From: Methanothermococcus sp. Ax23
GTDB taxonomy: Archaea; AGJL01; Methanococci; Methanococcales; Methanococcaceae
Direction of reading: 5' to 3'
DNA length: 64,000 bases
Assembly (NCBI RefSeq): GCF_049075655.1
Contig: NZ_CP157522.1
Location: 32,001 to 96,000, forward strand
Part shown: positions 55,640 through 64,000 of the stretch, in pieces
Layout: each line of letters begins with the position of its first letter
Position numbering within the stretch: position 1 is the first letter of the stretch
Translations under genes and position numbers: made by a program
Notes under the pieces: generated by a model
What the model was told of the DNA's origin: nothing
Seen by the model: the letters and a program-made list of their open reading frames with translations, nothing else
The model's database searches: none

Positions 55640-57037
55640 TTATAAACTTTCTTTAATTGCTTCATATAATTTATCACATAAAAACTTTATTTCTTCCTCA
55701 GTAATTGTCAAGGGTGGAATAATTATCAGCGTATTAAATATGGGTCTCATATATATGCCCTTTTCGAGCAATTTATCCGCAACCTTATATCCTGCCTTAA
55801 ATTCATAGGGGTATGGCTCTTTTGTTTCTTTATTTTTTACGAGCTCTATACCAATCATGAAACCTTTCTTTCTAACATCTCCCACATGTTCCAGTTCCTT
55901 CAATTTATCCAGTGAGTCGTGAAGCAGTTTTATTTTTTCCCCAATATTTTCAAATACTCTATCGTTTTTTAATATATCCATTGTGGCAATTGACGCCGCA
56001 CATAATATTTGATTCCCTGTATATGTGTGTCCATGGAAAAACTGCCTGCATTCTTCAAAATCTCCTAAAAACTGGTTATATATTTCTTCCGTTGTAATAG
56101 TTGCCGCAAGTGGCACATATCCTCCGGTTATTCCTTTTCCAAGGGTGATGATATCTGGTTTTTCCAGTTTCTTTAATGTTTCATTGTCTGAAAATAAATA
56201 TTTTCCAAGTCTTCCAAAGGTTGCCACTTCATCTAGTATAAGGATTATATCGTGTTCCTTACATTTTTTTGCAACTTCTTCAATATAGCCATCAGGATAT
56301 GGAATTATACCTGCTGAACCCATTACTCCCGCTTCAAGAATTACGCAAAACAATTCGTTTTTGTGCTCTTCTATAAGGTTCAGCATGTTTTCAAGGCATT
56401 TCATACTGCATCCTTTTTCATTCCTCTCATCGGTATCCTTGAAATTGTGGTATTCACACCTATAACAATAGGGAGCTCCTGCATGATAGCCCTTAAACAA
56501 AAGTGGTTTAAAAAATCCGTGAAATGTTTCACTACCTCCTACACTCATTGTTCCAATCGTATCTCCATGATAACCTTCTTTTACTGAAACAAACTTTGTT
56601 CTGTTTTTATTTTTATCCGAATCCTTTAATTGATAGTATTCAAAAGCCATTTTAACAGCTATTTCAACAGCTTCCGCACCATCCTCTGAATAAAACACCT
56701 TTTTTAAATGTGGCGGGGCAATTTCTACCAATTTTTTTGCCAAAACTATTGAAGGGACATTTCCACAGCCCAAAAGCGTAGAATGGCATATTTTTTCAGC
56801 TTGATTTTTTATTGCATCGATTATTCTTTTTTCACTGTGGCCGAACAGATTGCACCATATGGACGAAACTGCATCAAGGTATTTTTTTCCGTTTATGTCG
56901 ATTAAATAGTTTCCTTCCCCCCTCTCTACAATTATATTTTTTGATGGCGGGTCATATTCTTTCATCTGTGTATATGGATGCCAAACATATTTTTTATCCC
57001 ATTCAACAAGCTGTTCTGGGTTCAATTTATCATTCAT
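55640..57037 (-). CDS. bioA: Adenosylmethionine--8-amino-7-oxononanoate transaminase
   Basis: VWHPYTQM, SSIWCN, YHGDT, DEVATFGR, GKGITGGY, HGHTYTGN; start at MNDKL. Confidence 0.95.
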   Translation of the reverse strand: MNDKLNPEQLVEWDKKYVWHPYTQMKEYDPPSKNIIVERGEGNYLIDINGKKYLDAVSSIWCNLFGHSEKRIIDAIKNQAEKICHSTLLGCGNVPSIVLAKKLVEIAPPHLKKVFYSEDGAEAVEIAVKMAFEYYQLKDSDKNKNRTKFVSVKEGYHGDTIGTMSVGGSETFHGFFKPLLFKGYHAGAPYCYRCEYHNFKDTDERNEKGCSMKCLENMLNLIEEHKNELFCVILEAGVMGSAGIIPYPDGYIEEVAKKCKEHDIILILDEVATFGRLGKYLFSDNETLKKLEKPDIITLGKGITGGYVPLAATITTEEIYNQFLGDFEECRQFFHGHTYTGNQILCAASIATMDILKNDRVFENIGEKIKLLHDSLDKLKELEHVGDVRKKGFMIGIELVKNKETKEPYPYEFKAGYKVADKLLEKGIYMRPIFNTLIIIPPLTITEEEIKFLCDKLYEAIKESL

Positions 57038-57137
57038 CTTATCACCATCCATAAATGCTACCTTAAAAATCGGAGATTGTTTATTATGGGACAATTATCA
57101 TAAATAAAAATTAAAAAGTAGAATATGTTAATTATAA

Positions 57138-57824
57138 TTAATTTGTTCCCTTCCAAATTCCAACAAATAACATGTGGTCTTTTTCAAATGGCTCAATATT
57201 TATTTCGTCAATGATTTCAAAACCGCCATTTATTAAAATCTCCTTCTGTTCTTCAAATATTTCTTTTGGATTTCTCACAACATCGACACTTCTGGCTTTT
57301 ATGGAAATCATTCCATATCCATTTTCTTTTAAGAACCATTTTGCATTTTTTACAAGTATCTCTGCCTGATTTGGCTGTGCAACATCTTCAAAAATTACAT
57401 CAACTTTCTCAACTACATTTGAATAAGTATTTGGGGCATTTGCATCCCCCAATATTGGAATTAAATTTTTCCTATCGTTGCAGACTTCTAAAAACTCCCT
57501 CATAATCCTTGGTGCAAATTCCACAGAATAAACTGGTGAATTTTCCGTAATATCTGCAACATGGGATGGTGTCGTTCCTGCGGATACACCCAAATAAAGA
57601 ACTTTCGTGTTTCTTTTGATTGGCATGTGTTTTAATCCATTTATTATGGAAGCCCCTAACTTACTCTTATTGGGATTCCAAATTCTGTACTCTACACCAT
57701 CCACTTCAATTAATTTTTCCCCATATACCCTTTTTGATGGGACCAATGATTTTGTAGCGATTCTTCTTAATCCATCGCCCATATCTACTTCATAAATATT
57801 ATCAAAAATTTCCTTAATTTTCAC
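57138..57824 (-). CDS. flpA: Fibrillarin-like rRNA/tRNA 2'-O-methyltransferase
   Basis: VYGE, YRIWNP.KSKL, LYLG..AGTT.SH, DVAQPNQ. Confidence 0.97.
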   Translation of the reverse strand: MKIKEIFDNIYEVDMGDGLRRIATKSLVPSKRVYGEKLIEVDGVEYRIWNPNKSKLGASIINGLKHMPIKRNTKVLYLGVSAGTTPSHVADITENSPVYSVEFAPRIMREFLEVCNDRKNLIPILGDANAPNTYSNVVEKVDVIFEDVAQPNQAEILVKNAKWFLKENGYGMISIKARSVDVVRNPKEIFEEQKEILINGGFEIIDEINIEPFEKDHMLFVGIWKGTN

Positions 57825-57845
57825 AGTATCACCGAATATTTTAAT

Positions 57846-59228
57846 TTATAATTTAGAGGATGTTTTTCCTATTACTTTTCTCTCAGTTTTTGGTCTGTCT
57901 TTTTTATGATTTTTCTGTTTTGTTCTTTCTGATTTTTTCTTAGGTTTTGATGATTTTTCTGGTTGATTACCTTTTCCTTTTCCACTAGGTTTGCCTTTAC
58001 CCCTATCCTCTTTCCTACCTTTTCCCTTACCTTTTGCTTCTCCCCTTCCTTTTCCTTTTTTACCTCTTCTATCCTCGTCTCTTCTTACTGGTTTTTTCTT
58101 CCTTGGTTCTGGGTATTTTTCCTTTATGGATTCAACCTTTTTATTGAGGTCTTCCATGAGCTCATCTGCAATATAGTTTCCGAATACATCTGCCCTAACT
58201 GCAATTGAAAGTTTGCATGCGAGAGCTCTTGCAACCTTACCTTTAATCCACCATGGTGATGATTGAAGAAGAGGATGCTGGAATATCACACCATGTTTTG
58301 GAGGTAGAGCTCCTTCTCTTAAATGTGCAAATAATGCCTTTTCCGCACCTATCACCTGTATTGTGGATGCTGGAAGTTTTGATAATCTGTCAATCCCACC
58401 AGTTAAACTTATTAACCTTGCACCTAATGATGAGCCAGCTATTTTTGTTAAGTTTGGGGCAGTCTCTTCCATTAATTCTTCCAAATACTTCTGTAAATTT
58501 TCTCTGAGATTATACATTGATTTTATTTCTTCTGCAAATATTTTTATAACGGACAAATCCCTCTCTGACAACTCTGCACCCATTGATTTTTTTGCAACTG
58601 TGGATAATGTTCTTGCAAGCTTTGAAGGAAGGGATTTTTTCAACCTTGTTCTTGTGTAATTGTCCCTTTCCGTGTATGTGGATGCTACATCTACATAGAG
58701 CTCGTGTTTTTTTATCAATTTATCCATCTCTGGGAAGTATAATGAATACCATTCTCTAAATCTCTCGGAGAATAAATTTAGGGTTTCATCTAAATCATCC
58801 AGTGCACTTACAGTTTGGATTATTAACTTATCTCCTTCCTCGGAAGATTTTTTCATGAGTAATTTTGTAAATTCAGTGCCCCATAAATTCATTTTTTCAA
58901 TAAAATCATCATAATCTTTAAAAACATTGTATTTATTGCCGAGCTCATATAGGTTTTTCCTTACGAGCTCCCCTGCAATATTTGGCTCGTTTTCAGATAG
59001 TTCAATATTTATTTCTTCCTCCATTCCTTCGTCGTTAGTTAAATTCCATTCTTTTTTTAGCTCCTCAACAATCTCAAAATTTCCATTCCTTAAATCATAC
59101 ATAATCTTAGGAATATCCTCTTCTTCAAAGATTTTGTAGTATTTTAAGTCATCTATTGTTAAACTCTCTAAATTTCCATCCGATTCCAAAGCAAATGCTC
59201 CATAAGGTGCAAATGTTAAATATATCAT
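57846..59228 (-). CDS. nop5: C/D box RNP protein Nop5 (Nop56/58)
   Basis: REWYSLYFPE, APNL, PASTIQVIGAEKALF, PKHG.IF; basic tail. Confidence 0.96.
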   Translation of the reverse strand: MIYLTFAPYGAFALESDGNLESLTIDDLKYYKIFEEEDIPKIMYDLRNGNFEIVEELKKEWNLTNDEGMEEEINIELSENEPNIAGELVRKNLYELGNKYNVFKDYDDFIEKMNLWGTEFTKLLMKKSSEEGDKLIIQTVSALDDLDETLNLFSERFREWYSLYFPEMDKLIKKHELYVDVASTYTERDNYTRTRLKKSLPSKLARTLSTVAKKSMGAELSERDLSVIKIFAEEIKSMYNLRENLQKYLEELMEETAPNLTKIAGSSLGARLISLTGGIDRLSKLPASTIQVIGAEKALFAHLREGALPPKHGVIFQHPLLQSSPWWIKGKVARALACKLSIAVRADVFGNYIADELMEDLNKKVESIKEKYPEPRKKKPVRRDEDRRGKKGKGRGEAKGKGKGRKEDRGKGKPSGKGKGNQPEKSSKPKKKSERTKQKNHKKDRPKTERKVIGKTSSKL

Positions 59229-59566
59229 AAAATCACCGTTGATTTAATATAAAATTTAATATAAATAATTATTATATATTATAAAAATAGATATTTTTTA
59301 TCTTAAATAATATATTTATAATATTTAAACTATGGTATTTTTAAAGTAGGTGTTGTTTATTTTCTATACACATCATTTTTCATCAGAAAACTATATATAT
59401 CATAGTATATATTATGCTATTGTTCAATTTTTTAAAGTAGTTTAACCGCTAAAACAAAACACAAATTAAATATAAATACAAATATTAAATTAAACATAAT
59501 AATAATCTAAATGAAACAAATGGCTTTGTTTTTAAGCCAGAAAACCACTTTTTTGGAGGAGCAAAT

Positions 59567-60226
59567 ATGACAGATGAAAACCTATTGACAACATTGGACA
59601 CATATTTGGCGTCTGGAATTCATATAGGAACTCAGCAAAAAACAGAAGACATGAAAAGGTTCATTTACAGAGTAAGGTCTGATGGACTCTATGTTTTGGA
59701 CGTTAGAAAAACAGATGAGAGAATAAGATTAGCTGCAAAATTCTTATCAAACTACGAACCAGAAGATATTTTAGCAGTTTCAAGAAGAATCTACTCAGTA
59801 GGTCCTTTGAAGAAATTCGGTCAAACAACAGGAATAACCACAGTTGCAGGAAGGTTTGTTCCAGGAACATTAACAAACCCATCATCAAGAAAGTTCCTTG
59901 AACCAGAAGTTCTATTTTTAAGCGACCCTAGAGTAGATAGACAGGCATTAAAAGAAGCTATTGAGATTGGAATTCCAGTTGTAGGAATGTGCGACACAGA
60001 ACACTTAACATCATTCATTGACTTCATAATCCCAACAAATAACAAAGGTAGAAAAGCAGTTTCATTAATATACTACCTCATAGCAAGAGAATACATGAAA
60101 AACAGAGGATTGATTGGTGAAGATGTGCCATTTACATACGAAGAATTCTTAGAAAAAGCTATGAATGTTAAGGTAAAAATCACACCACAACAGTTCCAGA
60201 GAGGCAGAGGAAGGAGAAGAAGATAA
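59567..60226 (+). CDS. rps2: 30S ribosomal protein S2 (uS2)
   Basis: [28 protein letters not shown]. Confidence 0.97.
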   Translation: MTDENLLTTLDTYLASGIHIGTQQKTEDMKRFIYRVRSDGLYVLDVRKTDERIRLAAKFLSNYEPEDILAVSRRIYSVGPLKKFGQTTGITTVAGRFVPGTLTNPSSRKFLEPEVLFLSDPRVDRQALKEAIEIGIPVVGMCDTEHLTSFIDFIIPTNNKGRKAVSLIYYLIAREYMKNRGLIGEDVPFTYEEFLEKAMNVKVKITPQQFQRGRGRRRR

Positions 60227-60311
60227 ATATAAAAAAGTTAATATATATTAATATAAATAAAATTGAGGATGTAATAATATATTTATTTCGCATGCCTCAC
60301 TATGCCATAGG

Positions 60312-60926
60312 ATGATGAAAATGGATGAAGAATTATTATTTGAATGCCCAATTTGCGACGACATAACCCCTCATGACATATTAAAAAGGCAGGAATCAAA
60401 AAAACACATAAAGCTAACTGTAAAGTGTTTGAACTGCGGATATGTCCATGAGATTGAAAAAACTATAAAACTAAAAGATGTGAAGGTAATTATAAGCAGA
60501 TACGGGGAATCTGAAAAAAAGGTTTCTCAGCTTCCAGTGGATGAGGTTTTAAAAGTCGGGGATATCATAAATATTTTTGGAGAGGATGTGGAAATAACCA
60601 GTATAGAAACTACAAAGAGGGTTATGTCATCAAAGGTTGAAGATATACAAACAATATGGGCAAAATCCCTAAACATACCTAAAAAGGTTGGTATTTCTAT
60701 AAACGATAGAGATACCACCTATTCCATCAATATATTAGTTCCCCAAGATTATGTATTCGATAATGAAACAACATATCGAGTAGGAAGAATGTTCTTTAAA
60801 ATAAAGATGATAAAAACTGAAAAAGGAACATTCAAAAGGGAAATTGCAAGAAAAATAAAAAGAATATATGCAAACTCTTCAAGACCTGTTAGAAATTATG
60901 AGGATTTAACTGAAAATATTGTGTAA
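60312..60926 (+). CDS. HVO_0476-family zinc finger protein
   Basis: CPIC..H.ILK...VKC..CG.VH, I.TIWA. Confidence 0.8.
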   Translation: MMKMDEELLFECPICDDITPHDILKRQESKKHIKLTVKCLNCGYVHEIEKTIKLKDVKVIISRYGESEKKVSQLPVDEVLKVGDIINIFGEDVEITSIETTKRVMSSKVEDIQTIWAKSLNIPKKVGISINDRDTTYSINILVPQDYVFDNETTYRVGRMFFKIKMIKTEKGTFKREIARKIKRIYANSSRPVRNYEDLTENIV

Positions 60927-61029
60927 ATAAAATTAAAAATACCTCCTATATATCGCCCATATATTTATTCATATATCATATATCAATTAATTACCCAAAT
61001 ATAATAATATCACTAATGAGGTGTAATTC

Positions 61030-61725
61030 ATGGCAAGAATGAAAGCTAGAGCTGGCAAAGGAAGAAGAGTAGCCAGAGATACTTGGAAAACAAAATCATG
61101 GTATAATATATATACTCCACAGTCATTCGGTGGAGATTTAATAGGTCATACCCCTGCAAACGACCCATCATTAGTTATTGGAAGAGTTGCAGAAACAAGC
61201 TTAAAAGACCTAACAAATGACCACTCAAAACACATGATAAGAATGTACTTCAAAATAGATGGAGTTAGTGGAACAAACGCAACAACCCAATTTGTTGGTC
61301 ATGACACAACAAGAGAATATTTAAAATCCTTAATTAGAAGAAGAAGAAGTAAAATAACAACTATCACAGATGTAAGAACAAAAGATGGATACAAGTTAAG
61401 AGTTAAAGCTATGGTTTTAACAGCAGTTAGAGCAAGAGACCACCATAAAACAGACATAAGAAAGAAAATGGAAGAAATTGTCAGAGATATGGCTAAAAAC
61501 GCAACATTCCCAGAATTTGTTCAAGCTATGTTGTTAGGTGGATTAGGTTCAAAAATATACGGGGAGTGCAAAAAAATATTCCCTATGAAAAGAGTAGAAG
61601 TTTATAAATCAGAAGTTTTAGAGTTTGGAAAACCAGTAGAAGCTCCTGAACCAGAAGAAACAGAAGAAGCTACCGCAGAAGTAGAAGAAAAGGCAGAAGA
61701 AACAGAAGAAGTAAAAGAAGAATAA
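61030..61725 (+). CDS. rps3ae: 30S ribosomal protein S3Ae (eS1)
   Basis: DTWKTKSWY, LIRRRRSKI, KKIFP..RVEV.K. Confidence 0.97.
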   Translation: MARMKARAGKGRRVARDTWKTKSWYNIYTPQSFGGDLIGHTPANDPSLVIGRVAETSLKDLTNDHSKHMIRMYFKIDGVSGTNATTQFVGHDTTREYLKSLIRRRRSKITTITDVRTKDGYKLRVKAMVLTAVRARDHHKTDIRKKMEEIVRDMAKNATFPEFVQAMLLGGLGSKIYGECKKIFPMKRVEVYKSEVLEFGKPVEAPEPEETEEATAEVEEKAEETEEVKEE

Positions 61726-61901
61726 ATTAAATAACTTTTTTCTTTTTTATTTGGTATTATAAATAAAATAAAATTTTCATTATTTTTAGAGTTTTTCGTA
61801 ACTATGGATTATGGTGGATTAATTCAGGTCATGCAATTGGTTTCAAATGTTTCAAAGTATATCAACTGATATACTCATATAAACCACTGCTTTATAAGTC
61901 T

Positions 61902-62066
61902 CATTGTTGGTTTCGTTGCCGTCCCCAACTCGGCTTATGGGATGTGACCCGCACCCTCCTACCCGGTACTGAATTCCCGGTTCGCTTTTCTTAGATAATT
62001 AAAGAACAAGAAGCCCGACTAACACCAACACAAGTCGATATGTTAATATTCACAAACCAACAGTGT
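61902..62066 (-). ncRNA. Putative structured ncRNA, family unassigned
   Basis: GC-rich island in AT-rich spacer; terminal stem TGTTGGTTT/AAACCAACA enclosing several hairpins; TATA-like ATATAAATA about 25 nt upstream on the minus strand. Confidence 0.55.
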
Positions 62067-62207
62067 ATAATTTACACTTAATACTATTTATATTTTGTTA
62101 ATAGAATAATTAGTATTATCAAATAATACTATTTGAAACATTTGGTTTAAAATTGTTTATGATATTTGATATTTTTGTTTTCCACACATTTTTTAATATG
62201 TTTTTCT

Positions 62208-62373
62208 CTATTTGATAAGCCCCTTTTTTCCAGTCTTTACCTTAGTTCTCCACTCATCAAATAATTTCAGTGCTCGGGTCTCTACTTCTTCTTTTAATTT
62301 TAAATACCCTCCAAAACAAAAAGATTAAAACAACTACCAATAACAATACCATTAAATTTAAAATTAAATCCAT
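62208..62373 (-). pseudogene. Possible degraded membrane-anchored protein gene
   Basis: TM-encoding start MDLILNLMVLLLVVVLIFLFWR; a shifted frame continues YLKLKEEVETRALKLFDEWRTK before stopping. Confidence 0.3.
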
Positions 62374-62457
62374 ACTATCAACTTCAACTTATCAAAATAA
62401 TTAAAATAAGTAAATAAATATATAATTATAATTATTAAAATAATATGGGGTGAGATT

Positions 62458-63063
62458 ATTAAAAATAAATTTACAATGATAAGTATAATGTTTATAAGTA
62501 TTCTTATAACTTTTTCTGGATGTTTAGATATATTACCAAATAATAATTATGATGATAATAATTATGGTTATACAAATCCAAATGATTTCCTCAATAACCA
62601 TGAGTATTTTACTGCCAAGGTCGTAAAAATTACCGATGGAGATACAATATGGGTTATGGCTGAAAACGGAACAAAATATAAAATAAGACTTTTGGGCGTT
62701 GATACGCCAGAAATATATCACAAGAACAGCCCGCAAAAATTTTATATTGATAACAATCATCCAATTACCAATATAAGTTATTTGAAAGTTTGGGGGTATA
62801 AAGCAAAAGATTATGCAAAAAATAGACTGGAAAATAAAACTGTTATTGTAGTTTTTGACAATAAGGCACCAAAAAAAGGATATTATGGCAGATATCTCGC
62901 ATACATATATGTAGATGGAAGAGATTTCAACGAAGAATTGATTAAAAATGGATATGCTAGGGTTTATGTGTCTAATTTTGAATTAAAAAATGAATATTTA
63001 AAAGAAGAAAGATATGCAAAAGAAAATAAAATAGGATTATGGAATTTAAGTAATAATAATTAA
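62458..63063 (+). CDS. Thermonuclease (SNase) family lipoprotein
   Basis: FSGC lipobox, DGDT, IRLLGVDTPE, YGRYLAY, G.ARV, GLW; start may be ATT 62458 or ATG 62476. Confidence 0.9.
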   Translation: MKNKFTMISIMFISILITFSGCLDILPNNNYDDNNYGYTNPNDFLNNHEYFTAKVVKITDGDTIWVMAENGTKYKIRLLGVDTPEIYHKNSPQKFYIDNNHPITNISYLKVWGYKAKDYAKNRLENKTVIVVFDNKAPKKGYYGRYLAYIYVDGRDFNEELIKNGYARVYVSNFELKNEYLKEERYAKENKIGLWNLSNNN

Positions 63064-63123
63064 AATAATTAATAATTAGTTTTTTAATGCATGAGCTCTA
63101 CAAGGTATTAATCTAACTATTTA

Positions 63124-63570
63124 TTATTCAATATCAATGCCTTTTTTGATAGATACTTCACTCTTTGGTAAATCAACTATAAGCACACCATTTTCAAATT
63201 TAGCAGATGCTGTATCTTCTTTCACAGTTGCAGGTAATTTTATTGTTCTATATATCTCTTCGTCCTCAGGAATCTCTGAATAAATAATTCTTTCGGATTC
63301 TGTTACCATTAATGGTGTTCTTTTTGCTCTGATTTCTAAGGTGTTTCCAATAGCATTAACTACTATATCTTCCTTATTTACTCCTGGAATCATTGCTATA
63401 ACTTTTATATTATTGTCTCCTTCAATCAATGTAATTGGCATGTATCCTTTACCGGAAATTTCAAGACCACCTGAGCTCATGGTTCTCATGGTAGTCATTC
63501 CAGTCATTGGAGACATAAACATTTCAGTCATTAATTTTTCAATTTCTGAAAATGGATCTCTTCCAAACAT
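63124..63570 (-). CDS. Small heat shock protein Hsp20 (Hsp16.5 type)
   Basis: [39 protein letters not shown]. Confidence 0.95.
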   Translation of the reverse strand: MFGRDPFSEIEKLMTEMFMSPMTGMTTMRTMSSGGLEISGKGYMPITLIEGDNNIKVIAMIPGVNKEDIVVNAIGNTLEIRAKRTPLMVTESERIIYSEIPEDEEIYRTIKLPATVKEDTASAKFENGVLIVDLPKSEVSIKKGIDIE

Positions 63571-63612
63571 AATTCTCACCCCATTTTTTTCTATAATAAT
63601 ATGCCTTAATAG

Positions 63613-63634
63613 TTCTATATAAATATTTCGGTTT
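63613..63634 (-). promoter_or_regulatory. BRE/TATA promoter of hsp20
   Basis: Minus strand AAACCGAAATATTTATATAGAA. Confidence 0.65.
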
Positions 63635-63744
63635 AGTGCATGGTTATGCCACAATTACAAACAATCAATAAAAATAACTATAAAAATAAAAAGACCCATT
63701 TATTTAATAAATCATATATTCATATTTTTATTTATGGTGGTATC

Positions 63745-64000
63745 ATGTTTGGAAGTTTAAAGGAAAAGTTAAGTAAAACTGTTTCAAAATTAACTGAAAA
63801 GATATATTCAAAGGGAAAAACAGAAGAAAATCCCGAAGAAAGCTTTGCTAATGCCAATACTGAAACTTATAAGGAACCGCAAAAGACGAATGAAATAAAG
63901 AATGAAAAGAAAGAAAAATCAGGCTCTGAAAAAAAAGGAATAGCTAAATTAATCAGCTTAGGAAAAAAAGAAGAAGTAGGGTCTAAAACAGATGCAGATA
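63745..64000 (+). CDS. ftsY: Signal recognition particle-docking protein FtsY, 5' part
   Basis: GGTGGT RBS; MFGSLKEKLSKTVSKLTEKI followed by a charged linker; GTPase domain lies outside the window. Confidence 0.7.
   Translation, partial: MFGSLKEKLSKTVSKLTEKIYSKGKTEENPEESFANANTETYKEPQKTNEIKNEKKEKSGSEKKGIAKLISLGKKEEVGSKTDAD

Noticed and set aside
57846-58110. Lys/Gly-rich repeats in the Nop5 tail (also K-rich tails of RfcL and DUF356)
   Set aside because: Low-complexity charged tails are normal for these proteins
61819-61878. Tiny minus-strand ORF MSISVDIL-UGA-NI-UGA-NQLHDLN as a possible selenopeptide (host encodes SepSecS)
   Set aside because: Very short, no SECIS-like hairpin recognised downstream, and it overlaps a palindrome (AGTATATCA/TGATATACT); chance is more likely
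61902-62066. Identity of the GC-rich RNA as SRP RNA, RNase P RNA or tRNA
   Set aside because: Too short and lacks the SRP helix-8, RNase P P4 (GAGGAAGU) and T-loop signatures

Overview
AT-rich (about 30% GC by eye) archaeal chromosomal segment from a Methanococcales methanogen. The evidence is an HMf-type histone, SepSecS, an EhbA-like subunit, HypF, MfnD, AroA', GGTGA ribosome-binding sites and AACCGAAA-TTTATA promoters. It is mostly housekeeping genes (rfcL, pfdA, deaD, ileS, aroE, purL, bioA, flpA, nop5, rps2, rps3ae, tpiA, tRNA-Val). Accessory elements: an IS607 (tnpA-tnpB) directly behind ileS, a 1155-bp DDE IS that splits minD, a non-autonomous IS200/IS605-type remnant, a type II R-M pair and a type IIG R-M enzyme. 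Most notable observations: (1) GAGCTC occurs at least 76 times by hand count versus about 4 expected, suggesting an archaeal HIP1-like iterated palindrome; (2) the IS607 right flank, where the TnpB guide would be, is a diverged second copy of the ileS 3' end; (3) short palindromic repeats are inserted in frame in two enzymes; (4) an unassigned multi-stem ncRNA and an orphan omega-RNA-like cassette; (5) probable ATT start codons. All calls come from reading the sequence; no database searches were run.
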